Origin: Candidatus Omnitrophota bacterium
Lineage (GTDB): Bacteria > Omnitrophota > Gorgyraeia > Ghiorseimicrobiales > Ghiorseimicrobiaceae
Assembly (NCBI GenBank): GCA_030681595.1
Contig: JAUXSB010000055.1
Span: 64,364-128,363 of the forward strand
Reading direction: 5' to 3'
DNA length: 64,000 nt
Shown here piece after piece: positions 1-9,830 of this stretch. The translations under genes and the position numbers were made by a program. The notes under the pieces were generated by a model. The model was not told the DNA's origin. It was given only the letters and a program-made list of their open reading frames with translations, and did no database searches. Numbering within the stretch: position 1 is the first letter of the stretch; each line of letters begins with the position of its first letter.

Positions 1-233
1 GTGTTATGTTTGATAAACCGGGCATTTTGGCAATGGCTAATGCCGGCCCCGGCACTAATGGAAGCCAGTTTTTTATTACCACCGTGCCGGCACCTTGGCT
101 TAATATGCATCATACTATTTTCGGAGAAGTGGTTTCCGGCTATGATGTAGTGCAAAAAATTGAGAACATCCCTGTTGATGCGGTAGGTAAGCCGGCTAAT
201 GAGCAGAAAATAATCAAGGCTTACTTAAAGTAA
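1..233 (+). CDS. Peptidyl-prolyl cis-trans isomerase (cyclophilin), C-terminal part; the 5' end lies upstream of the window
   Basis: Translation [17 protein letters not shown]...HTIFGEV matches the conserved cyclophilin C-terminal core. The frame is open to the window start. Confidence 0.8.
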   Translation, partial: VMFDKPGILAMANAGPGTNGSQFFITTVPAPWLNMHHTIFGEVVSGYDVVQKIENIPVDAVGKPANEQKIIKAYLK

Positions 234-234
234 A

Positions 235-534
235 ATGTTCGCGCATTTGGTGTTATTTGAAATTGAGCCGAAACAAGTCCGGGCCTACCGTAAGGATTGT
301 AAAATGTGGGCAAGCTATGCCCGAAAGCATAAAGGTTTTTTGGAGTATTCTACAGTAAGGCGCCTAGAATATAAAAATCAGTTCGCTTCCGTATATGCAT
401 GGAAGTCCAAAAAAAATCATGATGCTTTTATGAACAAGCTTCATGATTGGCTGGTAAGTAAATCTAAAGCTAAAGTTAAAGTACTGGCTTATTATAATTT
501 TAATGCTATCGATAAAATATCGGCGGCTAAATAA
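235..534 (+). CDS. Small hypothetical protein, possibly an ABM/ferredoxin-like fold
   Basis: 99 aa ORF 1 nt after the cyclophilin stop. No diagnostic motif was recognised. Confidence 0.35.
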   Translation: MFAHLVLFEIEPKQVRAYRKDCKMWASYARKHKGFLEYSTVRRLEYKNQFASVYAWKSKKNHDAFMNKLHDWLVSKSKAKVKVLAYYNFNAIDKISAAK

Positions 535-662
535 GCAGTATCTTTTAGCCGTTATCGCGAAATAACTTGTTGTACCTGCGGTAGTTATATAAGCACGCCA
601 AATCGGTTAGGTATATCAGGCCGATTATCTATAAAAAAACCATAAAAGTTTAAAACGAGAAA

Positions 663-2489
663 ATGGAAAAATTTTCTTATACAGGGCTTTTTTTGTTTGA
701 TGGGCTTTCTTGTTTTTTCTTAGTAGTTATCGCGCTTGTTTCTATCCCTTCAGCGATATTCTCAATAGGATACCTGTCTCCTTGCGTCTCAAAAATAAAG
801 TTTTCGTTAGCGAACATCCTTCTGGTTTTCTTTGTTTTCTCTATGTCAATGGTAGTTACCTCGGGAAACCTTTTTTCTTTTCTTGTATTCTGGGAGTTAA
901 TGTCGCTTTCTTCATATTTTTTGGTAGTTTTTGAGCATACCCACCAAAGGTGTGTGCGCGCCGGGACAATTTATCTGGTAATGACGCATATGGGTACCGC
1001 GTTTCTTATCGCGGCATTTGCTATTCTTTATGTCCATGCTGGGTCATTTGATTTTGGCGCGGTGAAATTGGCGGTACTTAGCATGCCGCAGGATATGCGT
1101 AATATTGTATTTTTATTACTCTTTATTGGTTTTGGGACAAAGGCCGGAGTAGTTCCTTTGCACATCTGGCTTCCTTACGCGCATCCTGCAGCACCGGCTC
1201 ATGTTTCAAGTCTTATGTCCGGCGTTATGATAAAGATAGCTATTTATGGGATGATCCGTTTTTTTATTATGCTTTTAGGAGTGGGGCCGCCTTGGTGGGG
1301 AATCGTTATTTTAGTCTTTGGGGCTGCCTCTTGCCTTATCGGTGTTATCTATGCTCTAATGGATCACGATTTAAAAAAACTGCTTGCTTATCATAGCGTA
1401 GAGAATATCGGAATTATTCTTTTGGGTTTAGGCATAGCCATGGTTTTTAAAGGTTATCCAGTTACAACTATCGTATTGTTAGGTATGTCTGGCGCGCTTT
1501 ACCATTTAGTTAATCACGGGTTGTTTAAGGGGTTATTATTCCTTTGTTCCGGAAGCGTGGCCAAGGCATGTGGAACCCTTGACATAGAAAAAATGGGCGG
1601 CTTGATAAAATCAATGCCGGTAACCGCCGTATGTTTTCTTGTTGGGGCAATGGGTATTTCAGCGCTTCCACCTTTAAACGGATTTGTCAGCGAATGGCTC
1701 ACTTTTCAGGCATTTTTTGGCGCCTTACTTAGTTCGCAGGGAGGATTAAAGATTTTTATGCTTATCTGTGTCGCTGTCCTTGCTTTAACTAGCGGACTTG
1801 CCGCGGCTTGTTTTGTTAAGGCATTTGGCATAACATTTTTAGCCCTGCCGCGCAGCCGAGCCGCCCAAGAGGCAAAAGAATCATCGCTTTCGATGAAGGT
1901 GGGAATGGGAATCTTAGCGGTTTTGGTAGTTTTATTTGGTATAGGATGCGGTTTAATTATGCCCTATATTTGTCAAGTGGCGCAAGAAGTCTTAGGTATA
2001 GAGAACACACTGTTTTCTTTTAATTGGTTTTCGCTTTCTTTAGCCCCGATTTCACCTATATCTATTTCGCCCATTATTTTTGTGTTTATTTTAGCAGCGG
2101 TATCCTTAGTGTTATTGGCATGGTTTGTTTTATCACCCAGAAAAGCCGTGCCTTGTAATACTTGGGATTGCGGTTATTATGTATTGGGTGCGCGTAACGA
2201 ATATACGGCAACAGCATATTCAAAGCCTTTTCGGATTGCCTTTAGCTTTTTTTTATTGCCGTATCGCAAGGTTGAAAAGATCCGTGATTCGTTTTATCAT
2301 GTGCGTTCTTTTACTTACCAGACGCATACGACTAAAATATTTAAGCAGTACTTTTATGATCCGCTGGTCGGTTTTACTTACAATGTCGCGCATAAATTGC
2401 GGTGGTTGCAGCCGGGAAGCATAAATCTTTATATTTCATATATATTTATCGCACTTACAATATTAATTTTAGCATTAGTTATTTTATGA
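663..2489 (+). CDS. Group-4 hydrogenase / complex-I-like antiporter subunit (NuoL/MrpA/HyfB-like), 608 aa polytopic membrane protein
   Basis: Very hydrophobic. Carries NuoL/MrpA-family motifs (WLPYAHPAAPAHVSSLMSG, KLLAYHSVENIG). First gene of a tightly packed six-gene operon. Confidence 0.8.
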   Translation: MEKFSYTGLFLFDGLSCFFLVVIALVSIPSAIFSIGYLSPCVSKIKFSLANILLVFFVFSMSMVVTSGNLFSFLVFWELMSLSSYFLVVFEHTHQRCVRAGTIYLVMTHMGTAFLIAAFAILYVHAGSFDFGAVKLAVLSMPQDMRNIVFLLLFIGFGTKAGVVPLHIWLPYAHPAAPAHVSSLMSGVMIKIAIYGMIRFFIMLLGVGPPWWGIVILVFGAASCLIGVIYALMDHDLKKLLAYHSVENIGIILLGLGIAMVFKGYPVTTIVLLGMSGALYHLVNHGLFKGLLFLCSGSVAKACGTLDIEKMGGLIKSMPVTAVCFLVGAMGISALPPLNGFVSEWLTFQAFFGALLSSQGGLKIFMLICVAVLALTSGLAAACFVKAFGITFLALPRSRAAQEAKESSLSMKVGMGILAVLVVLFGIGCGLIMPYICQVAQEVLGIENTLFSFNWFSLSLAPISPISISPIIFVFILAAVSLVLLAWFVLSPRKAVPCNTWDCGYYVLGARNEYTATAYSKPFRIAFSFFLLPYRKVEKIRDSFYHVRSFTYQTHTTKIFKQYFYDPLVGFTYNVAHKLRWLQPGSINLYISYIFIALTILILALVIL

Positions 2490-3391
2490 TCGAAAAAACT
2501 TTTTTAATTATTATTCAGGCAGTTTTCTTGGTAATACTCGCTCCTTTGATAAGCGGTATAATCCACAAGCTAAAGAATAATCTACGCATGCGCAAGGGGG
2601 CAAGCGTGTTTCAGCCGTATTATAATTTTGTTAAGCTTATTGCTAAAGATGAGGTTATCTCGCGCAATACCTCTTGGATTTTTAGAGCTACTCCGGTAAT
2701 TGTCTTGGGCAGTGTCTTTTGTGTTTGTTTTTTACTGCCGGTTCTGCATAAAAGCTTTTTTTTAGGCCCGCTTGGAGATATGTTGGCAGTTATTTTTGTT
2801 TTTTCTTTGGGCCGTTTTTTTCTTGCGCTAGCTGCTCTTGATGCTGCAGGTTCGTTTGGCGGGATGGGCTCATCTCGTGAGGTATTTATTGCTAGTTTTG
2901 CTGAGCCGGCAACACTGGTTTCGATATTTGTTTTAGGCCTAAATTGCGGCTCGCTTTCGCCGTCTGCTGTCGCGTCATTAGAAGGGTGGCGTTTCTCTAG
3001 CTTGCTTTGCGGCTCAGCCCTTGGGATGGTAGCACTTGCCGAGACAGCGCGTATTCCGGTAGATAACCAGGAAACACACCTGGAATTAACCATGGTGCAT
3101 GAGGCAATGGTTTTAGAGTATTCAGGAAGATCTCTTGCGCTTCTGGAATTGGCAGCGCACATAAAACAGATTATTTTTTTTACGATTCTTTCCTGGGTTT
3201 TTTTCCCATGTCCGGTTAACGCCGTGTGGGGGTGGGCTTGGTTTATAATAAAACTTTGTATTATCAGCGTTTTTGTCGCGGTTACGGAAATTTCGCTGGC
3301 CAAGATGCGTTTATTCCGCGTATTGGATTATTTAGGGTTTGCTTTTTTGATTGCTATTCTTTCGGCAGTTTTCGCATTAATAGGAATGTAG
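2486..3391 (+). CDS. NuoH/HycD/HyfC-like membrane subunit
   Basis: ATG at 2486 overlaps the upstream stop (ATGA). About 300 aa polytopic protein of the complex-I H-subunit type. The track ORF 2402..3391 begins at an upstream alternative start. Confidence 0.75.
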   Translation: MIEKTFLIIIQAVFLVILAPLISGIIHKLKNNLRMRKGASVFQPYYNFVKLIAKDEVISRNTSWIFRATPVIVLGSVFCVCFLLPVLHKSFFLGPLGDMLAVIFVFSLGRFFLALAALDAAGSFGGMGSSREVFIASFAEPATLVSIFVLGLNCGSLSPSAVASLEGWRFSSLLCGSALGMVALAETARIPVDNQETHLELTMVHEAMVLEYSGRSLALLELAAHIKQIIFFTILSWVFFPCPVNAVWGWAWFIIKLCIISVFVAVTEISLAKMRLFRVLDYLGFAFLIAILSAVFALIGM

Positions 3392-3392
3392 T

Positions 3393-4037
3393 ATGCTAAC
3401 AATCATTTTTTTATCCGGTTTTTTACTTAGTTTATTTCTTATGGTGGTTGCCAAGCGGATTACCGCGCTGGTAAAGACGTTTGCCCTGCAGTCTTTATTT
3501 TTATCTTTGTATGCTTTATATGTCGCGGTTTTACAAAGGCATGCCGAGTTATTAATAATCTCTGGTTTAATCTTTATTTTAAAGGTAATAATTATACCGC
3601 GGGTAATATTAAGGATTAAGCGCAGAATTAATGTTGAAGAAGACCTAGGCCTTACGCTTAATACGCAGGTTTCATTGATTGTAGCACTTTTTTTAATGTA
3701 TTTTTCTTATTTGTTTATTAGCCGCATTATTTCTTTTAGTTCTGGTGAGGCCATGCAGGCGGTTGCGTTTACGGTTTCGTTTACCGCGGTTTTTATCGGG
3801 CTTTTTTTGATGATTTTTAGGCAAAAGGCCTTAAGCCAGGTAGTAGGGCTTTTAGTGATGGAGAACGGCACTTTTCTTGCCGCTCTGGCGATTACAGGCG
3901 GGATGCCGTTTCTTGTGGAGATCGCGATTTTCTTTGATGTTTTTATTTTTGTTTTGATTATTGAAATTTTGGTCTATAGGATTAACCGGCTTTTTACGCA
4001 TATTGATACTACGAAATTAACTACGCTTAAAGGATAA
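3393..4037 (+). CDS. HyfE-like (doubled NuoK-like) small membrane subunit
   Basis: 214 aa, entirely hydrophobic. Its size and operon position fit the hydrogenase-4 E component. Confidence 0.55.
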   Translation: MLTIIFLSGFLLSLFLMVVAKRITALVKTFALQSLFLSLYALYVAVLQRHAELLIISGLIFILKVIIIPRVILRIKRRINVEEDLGLTLNTQVSLIVALFLMYFSYLFISRIISFSSGEAMQAVAFTVSFTAVFIGLFLMIFRQKALSQVVGLLVMENGTFLAALAITGGMPFLVEIAIFFDVFIFVLIIEILVYRINRLFTHIDTTKLTTLKG

Positions 4038-4040
4038 ATT

Positions 4041-5582
4041 ATGTTTATTTTGGTAATACTTTTTATCCCGTTTGCCTTAAGTATTATTTCTTTATTCACC
4101 CCGTTAGAGAAAGTTGCTGACGGTGGTTTAAAGCTTTTATTGAGGCAATCCGTTAAGGATGGGGGTTCTCTAACGGGGTTCATAAAAAAAGAACGCCTGT
4201 TTGGTATTATAAATGCTTTTGGGTACGCGATAGTTTTGGGAATATCTCTATTGCTTACCGCGCGTATTCTTACGCCGCCTTATGTTATCAGGCAATTCGG
4301 GATATTTTATATTGATGCCTTAAGCGCCTTTTTTATGCTTATCACCGCGATAATTGCATTTAGCGCGAGTATTTATTCTATCGGGTATATTTCAAACGAA
4401 ATAGAAGAGGCTAAGATTAGTTTTCATAACACCAAGGTTTATTATTGCCTATTCAATCTTTTTTGTTTTTCGATGTTATTAGCGCCCATGCTTAATAATT
4501 TGGCTTTGGTTTGGATTGTTATTGAAATGACGACACTTATTTCAGCTTTCCTTGTTGGTTTTCATAATGTTAAGGAATCTATTGAGGCGGCTTGGAAATA
4601 TGTTATTATCTGTTCCGTGGGGATTACTTTTGCTCTTTTAGGGATTATCTTTTTTTATTATACCGCTTCAAAAGACGCGCATGTTACGAGTTTACACTGG
4701 TTGAAAATGTATGAAGCCGCGCGGTTTTTTAATCCGCATACGGTTAAAATCGCGCTTATTTTTATTTTTGTCGGTTATGGCACAAAGGCAGGTTTGGCGC
4801 CTATGCATAGCTGGCTTCCGGACGCGCATAGCCAAGCGCTTTCTCCGGTGAGCGGGCTTTTATCAGGGGTATTACTCAAGATATCATTATACGCTATCTT
4901 GCGTTTTGTGATTTTAGCGATTCCTTCTTTGGGTTACGCGTTTAGCGCGCAATTGTTTATTTTATTTGGGCTATGTTCTCTTTTTGTCTCCGCGGGATTT
5001 ATCCTGGTACAGAAGGACCTAAAGCGTTTACTTGCTTACAGCAGTATTGAGCATATAGGCCTCGTGAGTATTGCTTTTGGTTTAGGGCCTGTTGCGGGAA
5101 TTTATGCCGGATTATTACATATTTTTAACCACGCTGTAACCAAGGCGTTTATGTTTTTCTGCGCCGGAGATACAGTTAAGGCGTATCGTACGAATAATAT
5201 GAATTTAATGCAAGGTATGTTTAAGATAGCGCCCTTTACCGCGGGCGCTTTACTTCTGGGGGTCTTTGCTTTAACCGGCTCACCGCCATTTTCTATATTT
5301 ATTAGTAAAATTTTAATTATTTTGGCCGCTTTCGGGGGCAAGAGGTATGCTATTGCCGCGGTTATGCTTTTATTGTTGGCGGTAGTTTTCGCCGGGTTAT
5401 TACAGCACATAACGAAGATTGTCTTTGGTAATAAACCGCAAAATATGATTAAAATAAAAGAGCCGTTAAGCACAAAGGCTGCCGTTTTGTTTTTAGCAAT
5501 TTTTATCGTGTGGTTTGGCATGAAAGTGCCGGTTTGGTTTAGCGGCCTTTTGTCGGCCTGCGGAAAAATTATTTCTGGTTAA
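4041..5582 (+). CDS. NuoN/NuoM/HyfF-like antiporter subunit
   Basis: 513 aa with motifs WLPDAHSQALSPVSGLLSG and KRLLAYSSIEHIG typical of the complex-I antiporter-like family. Confidence 0.8.
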   Translation: MFILVILFIPFALSIISLFTPLEKVADGGLKLLLRQSVKDGGSLTGFIKKERLFGIINAFGYAIVLGISLLLTARILTPPYVIRQFGIFYIDALSAFFMLITAIIAFSASIYSIGYISNEIEEAKISFHNTKVYYCLFNLFCFSMLLAPMLNNLALVWIVIEMTTLISAFLVGFHNVKESIEAAWKYVIICSVGITFALLGIIFFYYTASKDAHVTSLHWLKMYEAARFFNPHTVKIALIFIFVGYGTKAGLAPMHSWLPDAHSQALSPVSGLLSGVLLKISLYAILRFVILAIPSLGYAFSAQLFILFGLCSLFVSAGFILVQKDLKRLLAYSSIEHIGLVSIAFGLGPVAGIYAGLLHIFNHAVTKAFMFFCAGDTVKAYRTNNMNLMQGMFKIAPFTAGALLLGVFALTGSPPFSIFISKILIILAAFGGKRYAIAAVMLLLLAVVFAGLLQHITKIVFGNKPQNMIKIKEPLSTKAAVLFLAIFIVWFGMKVPVWFSGLLSACGKIISG

Positions 5583-5595
5583 GAATAGGATAATT

Positions 5596-7191
5596 ATGCT
5601 GCGTATAGAAGAAGAACTTAAAAGCCAAAAAATAGAAATTATTGAAAGTGAGCGTATCCATTCGGATGAGCTTTATCTTACGGTAAATAAAGAAGATTTT
5701 AAAACGGCTTGCCTTAGCCTGCATAAGTTGCTTAAGTCTGCGGTCATAATGTTTTTTGCCGAGGATATGCGCGCGCAATCAAAGGTTTTTAGGATTTATT
5801 GTGTTTTTTTGGATACGCAAAATCATTCTTGGGTGGTAGTACGGACAGATTTAAGTGAAGATGCGCTGTTATTTAGTTCTCTGGCAAAAGATATCTATTC
5901 TGCCAGTATTTTTGAGCGCGAGATAAAAGAGATGTTTGGAATTATGCCGCAAGGCTGCCCTGATTTAAGGCGCTTGCGCCTGCATGACGAAGTTTGGCCG
6001 GAGGGTTTTTATCCTTTGCGTAAAGATAGTGTTTTGCCGAAGATATGCGCGTTTCTCGGCTCTTATCAATTTAGGCGCGTAGAGGGTAACGGGGTGTTTG
6101 AGGTTGGCGTGGGGCCGGTGCATGCCGGAATTATTGGCCCGGGGCATTTTCGTTTTAGCGTGGTAGGAGAGCCGATTATCAATCTTGAGCTGCGTTTGGG
6201 CTGGACACATCGCGGGATAGAAAAATTATTGGAAGGAAAAGATATTTTTGCGGGAGTTAAAATTTTTGAATGTATAAGCGGCGATACGGCTTTTGGATAT
6301 TCTAGTGCTTATTGTCAGGCAATAGAAAAAATATTAAAAGTAAATATTCCTTTGCGCGCGCAATACCTACGGGTGATATTCTTGGAGTTTGAACGGATAT
6401 ATAACCATATTAATAGCCTCGGAGGGATTGCCCTTGATGTAGGTTTTAGTTTTCCGGCGCAATTTGCCAGCCTTATAAAAGAACGCCTTTTACAATTGCA
6501 TGAGCGGATTAGCGGCTCTCGTTATTTAAAAGGGATTAATACTGTGGGTGGTGTTCAAGTTGATATTGAAGATAATAAAGCGGAAATTATACGTAAATCC
6601 ATTTTTGGTATCCAAAAAGATATTTTAGAGCTTGAAAAAATGCTTTATTCCAGCACTTCTTTTATGGATCGCGTGGATTCTACGGGAATTTTACGTAAAA
6701 AAACAGCGCAGGACTTAGGCGTTACGGGCCTTGCCGCCCGCTCAAGCGGGATAGCGTTGGATATGCGTAAGGTTTTTGGAGGTATTTATGAAAAATTCAC
6801 GTTTAATATTATTGCAGAGCAAGCCGGCGATGTCTGTTCTCGCATGAAGGTGCGTTTTTGGGAAATAAAAGAATCATTGGGCCTGATTAATCAGGGCCTT
6901 GAAAAACTTAAAAGTGTAGTGGGCACCTCTGGAGTGGCCGGAGGTCTCCCCGGAGGTGGCGAAGCACGGTCGCTTGATGGTGTTGGTATTGGCTGCGTTG
7001 AGGCATGGCGGGGAATGTTGCGCGTATGGTGCCGGATAGATAAAGAAGGCAGGATTATCCGTTGTAAGATAGTTGACCCTTCGTTCCATAATTGGGAAGG
7101 GCTTAGTTTCGCGGCATTGGGCAATATCATCCCGGATTTTCCTTTATGTAATAAAAGTTTTGACCTTTCGTATGCAGGTAATGACCTATGA
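5596..7191 (+). CDS. Fused NuoC-NuoD / HycE-like 'large subunit' lacking the Ni-Fe cysteine ligands (Ehr-like)
   Basis: N-terminal NuoC-like domain. GPVHAGIIGPGHFRF and HRGIEKL motifs of NuoD/HycE are present. C-terminus reads DPSFHNW where NiFe large subunits have DPCxxCxxH. There is no CxxC after the HRGxEK motif. Confidence 0.8.
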   Translation: MLRIEEELKSQKIEIIESERIHSDELYLTVNKEDFKTACLSLHKLLKSAVIMFFAEDMRAQSKVFRIYCVFLDTQNHSWVVVRTDLSEDALLFSSLAKDIYSASIFEREIKEMFGIMPQGCPDLRRLRLHDEVWPEGFYPLRKDSVLPKICAFLGSYQFRRVEGNGVFEVGVGPVHAGIIGPGHFRFSVVGEPIINLELRLGWTHRGIEKLLEGKDIFAGVKIFECISGDTAFGYSSAYCQAIEKILKVNIPLRAQYLRVIFLEFERIYNHINSLGGIALDVGFSFPAQFASLIKERLLQLHERISGSRYLKGINTVGGVQVDIEDNKAEIIRKSIFGIQKDILELEKMLYSSTSFMDRVDSTGILRKKTAQDLGVTGLAARSSGIALDMRKVFGGIYEKFTFNIIAEQAGDVCSRMKVRFWEIKESLGLINQGLEKLKSVVGTSGVAGGLPGGGEARSLDGVGIGCVEAWRGMLRVWCRIDKEGRIIRCKIVDPSFHNWEGLSFAALGNIIPDFPLCNKSFDLSYAGNDL

Positions 7192-7712
7192 GCTTAAATA
7201 TTTTTAAAAATAGCCTAAGAAAAGGGAGAGTTACTGTTTCTCTTGATAAGGCTGCTTTTATCAGGCCAGCGGAAATTAACGAAATTGGCGAAGAGTTAAA
7301 GCGCTTGATCCATAAAAAATTCGCCCGCTCGTTTCATATCCGCGAAGTTGATACTGCCTCTTGTGGCGCTTGTGAATCGGAAATAATCGCCTGCTCTAAT
7401 CCTTTTTATGATATTCAGCGTTTTGGGATTGATTTTGTCGCTTCTCCCCGTCATGCCGATGCCTTGCTTGTAACTGGCCCGGTTTCAAAGAATATGGAGC
7501 TTGCGCTTAAGAAAACCTATGAGGCAGTGCCGGAGCCGAAATTTGTTATTGCCATGGGTGATTGCGCCAAAGGAGGCGCTCAATTCAGCGATTCGTATTA
7601 TACCTGCGGAGGGGTAGAAAATATCCTGCCTGTGTCTTTACATATTCCGGGATGTCCGCCTAATCCAACACAAATTATTTTTTGCTTGTTAGATTTTCTG
7701 GATAAAATTTAA
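7188..7712 (+). CDS. NuoB/HycG-like small subunit ([4Fe-4S] N2-type)
   Basis: Cys motifs CGAC, GDCAKGG and PGCPP match the NuoB/hydrogenase small-subunit signature. ATG overlaps the upstream stop. Confidence 0.85.
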   Translation: MSLNIFKNSLRKGRVTVSLDKAAFIRPAEINEIGEELKRLIHKKFARSFHIREVDTASCGACESEIIACSNPFYDIQRFGIDFVASPRHADALLVTGPVSKNMELALKKTYEAVPEPKFVIAMGDCAKGGAQFSDSYYTCGGVENILPVSLHIPGCPPNPTQIIFCLLDFLDKI

Positions 7713-7738
7713 TAAAAAAATAAAATAAAATTTATAGT

Positions 7739-7775
7739 CTTGACAAAAGAAATGCTTGTTGTATAATATATTTCG
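7739..7775 (+). promoter_or_regulatory. Near-consensus sigma70 promoter (TTGACA, 17 bp spacer, TATAAT) upstream of the ArsR-family gene
   Basis: cTTGACAaaagaaatgcttgttgTATAATat lies about 35 bp upstream of the ATG at 7809. Confidence 0.55.
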
Positions 7776-7808
7776 TTATATCCGAATATTGAGGAATAAG
7801 GAAATAAT

Positions 7809-8138
7809 ATGGAAGAATTGGCCTATAAGATAAAAGCGGATTTTTTAAAGACATTAGCCCATCCGGTGCGGCTTCAGATTGTTGAATTTTTAAAGAATGG
7901 CGAGAAGAATGCAGGAGCTATAGTTAAAACTCTCGGCATACCTCAATCTAGTCTTTCCCGGCACCTGTTGGTTTTAAGAGAAGGCGGTATTTTAAAATCA
8001 AGGCAACAGGGCACAGCTATTTATTACAATATTGAAGACCACGATATCTTTCAGGTGTTGCGGCCGATAGCGGAAATGCTGCGTAAGAAGCTTAAAAGAA
8101 CAGAGGTAGTCTTAAGTAGTTTAGGCAAGGAAAAGTAG
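7809..8138 (+). CDS. ArsR/SmtB-family metalloregulator (winged HTH)
   Basis: LAHPVRLQIVEFL...SQSSLSRHLLVLREGGIL is the classic ArsR HTH signature. Confidence 0.8.
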   Translation: MEELAYKIKADFLKTLAHPVRLQIVEFLKNGEKNAGAIVKTLGIPQSSLSRHLLVLREGGILKSRQQGTAIYYNIEDHDIFQVLRPIAEMLRKKLKRTEVVLSSLGKEK

Positions 8139-8402
8139 GTTTTCAAAAAGAAGGAGAGGCAAAATAGAGAAAACAGCAGAAATGTCGGGTCTTGGTGTTT
8201 TTTGGAGGCAGTTTTGAATTCTCGATCGAAACAAGAGCTAACAATAGCTTTCATATAAATTTTAAAACTCTCTTTAATGGGCCTCATACTTTTAGTTATC
8301 ATTTATAGTATTTCCCGCCAAGACCTACCATAATCATTCATCTCAAAACTAAAGCTAAAGAATAGCCTTTATTGAAAGCCATATTAAGGAGCTAAGTTTT
8401 TT

Positions 8403-8669
8403 ATGGGGGCCAATAAATCTTTGTTTCTCGAAGAAAGAATAAAAATTATTATTGCTAGCGCGTTGTGTGTAGAAAAAGATAAGGTTAAAAATGACGCTCT
8501 ACTGGATAAAGATTTAGGGGTGGATTATTTAGATAAGGCGGTCATCAAAATGGATTTAGAGGATGCATTTAAAATTGCCATTTCGGATAAAGATATAGCC
8601 GATAAAAATAAGGTTTCAGAGATTATGGATTATATAAAGAAAAGGACAGATGCTTCAGTTTCAAGGTAG
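8403..8669 (+). CDS. Small acidic protein with an ACP-like helical signature but Tyr in place of the phosphopantetheine Ser
   Basis: DLGVDYLDKAVIKMDLEDAF resembles the ACP motif DLGADSLD..E.EF with Ser replaced by Tyr. Weak. Confidence 0.3.
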   Translation: MGANKSLFLEERIKIIIASALCVEKDKVKNDALLDKDLGVDYLDKAVIKMDLEDAFKIAISDKDIADKNKVSEIMDYIKKRTDASVSR

Positions 8670-9051
8670 GAATATAACCAGCGAATTTGATTTGTTGAAG
8701 GTAAAGGTTCAGGCAATCGATTTTATTAAACCCATCAAATTCGAGAAAGCAGACCTCGAGAAATTAGCAGATTTAGTGTTTGAATTAGCTAAAGAGTTAA
8801 TTTTCAATCAGGTTGATGCCTACATCTGCTTAAACTGCTATAAACTGGAGCGCAAAATTGGCTTAGAGGTGTATGTGTATAACAAAAATATGTCTCTAGA
8901 AAAAGCGCAAGAAGCTTTAAATAATAACTATAATTTAAGCAAAAAGGGTATCTTCTTAAACAAAAATTCAGGATTTTTAGATAAATTTGAGTTAAAGAAA
9001 GAAGCAAAATCAGGCATTGAAATCAATATTCTTAAATGGTCAAAATTATAG
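8650..9051 (+). CDS. Hypothetical protein
   Basis: 133 aa ORF in the AT-rich islet. No motif recognised. Start uncertain. Confidence 0.3.
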   Translation: MLQFQGRNITSEFDLLKVKVQAIDFIKPIKFEKADLEKLADLVFELAKELIFNQVDAYICLNCYKLERKIGLEVYVYNKNMSLEKAQEALNNNYNLSKKGIFLNKNSGFLDKFELKKEAKSGIEINILKWSKL

Positions 9052-9111
9052 AAGAACCTAGAAGCCACAAGAAAAAATCAGGACAGGTAACTTTTGAAGG
9101 CGATAATAAAA

Positions 9112-9612
9112 ATGTTTAAAGTAGGCGATAAAATAATCCATAATTTTTACGGCCTTTGTGAGATTGCCGCAATCGAAATGCAAGATACCTATTACGGCAA
9201 GCAGGAATGTTACATTATCTATATGGATAAAACTAAAATAATGATCCCTGTTTCTCATTCTGAGATGTTGCGGTACCCAATAGGAAAGGAAGAAATCCCC
9301 GGAGTACTTGATAGGCTCAGCAATACTAATAATTTGCCAGAAGAACTACCTTCTGAAGAGCGCATCAGACTCTTTTTAGAGAAATTCAAGACCAATGATA
9401 TCGTAAAAATCTCCGAGATACTTAGAGATATTGTATTTTTAGGCGAAACGGATAAGTTAAAAACGCAGGAGAAGAATTTGCGTGAGCGAATTAATAAACT
9501 ATTATCGGATGAATTATCTTTTGTTCAAAACATTACCAAGGCGGAGGTTTTAAAAACTATTGATAATTGTCTGAGGAAGGTGAAGGAGAGCGCGAAATGC
9601 CGCAGAAAATAA
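9112..9612 (+). CDS. CarD/CdnL-family RNA-polymerase-binding transcription factor
   Basis: N-terminus MFKVGDKIIHNFYGLCEI matches the CarD_CdnL_TRCF RNAP-interacting domain (MFKVGDxVVYPxHG). The track ORF begins at an upstream TTG. Confidence 0.6.
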   Translation: MFKVGDKIIHNFYGLCEIAAIEMQDTYYGKQECYIIYMDKTKIMIPVSHSEMLRYPIGKEEIPGVLDRLSNTNNLPEELPSEERIRLFLEKFKTNDIVKISEILRDIVFLGETDKLKTQEKNLRERINKLLSDELSFVQNITKAEVLKTIDNCLRKVKESAKCRRK

Positions 9613-9827
9613 AATTAAGAGTAGGGGATACCATAGATTACGGTAATGGCAGAAAAGGTCAGATTGGAAAAATTAGAATAATTTCCAGCGGTAAGTTTGT
9701 CGAAGAATACGAATACGACGGTGACGGCCACGATTTAGTATTAACCGTGTGTGGTGATAGGAGCGTGACTAACCTTTGGGTTAAAGATACGCGCATCCAT
9801 ATAGTGCCGGCAGAAAAAAAGAGGTAA
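9597..9827 (+). CDS. Small hypothetical protein
   Basis: ORF with an internal ATG start MPQKIKLRVGD. No motif recognised. Confidence 0.3.
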   Translation: MPQKIKLRVGDTIDYGNGRKGQIGKIRIISSGKFVEEYEYDGDGHDLVLTVCGDRSVTNLWVKDTRIHIVPAEKKR

Positions 9828-9830
9828 GGC

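Noticed and set aside
2402-2485. 5' extension of the track ORF for the NuoH-like gene (also the 5' extensions at 9094, 29857, 42245 and 56286)
   Set aside because: The extensions start at non-ATG or poorly placed codons and overlap upstream genes. Internal ATGs with RBS or stop-overlap coupling are more plausible.
2620-3303. 227 aa minus-strand ORF
   Set aside because: It overlaps the NuoH/HyfC-like membrane gene. Its Ser/Lys/Ala-rich translation is typical of the antisense of a hydrophobic gene.
6949-6978. Repeat inside hycE matching 33942..33978
   Set aside because: The match is only about 18 bp and lies in a Gly-rich coding stretch (GGLPGGGEA). It is probably coincidental GC-rich similarity.
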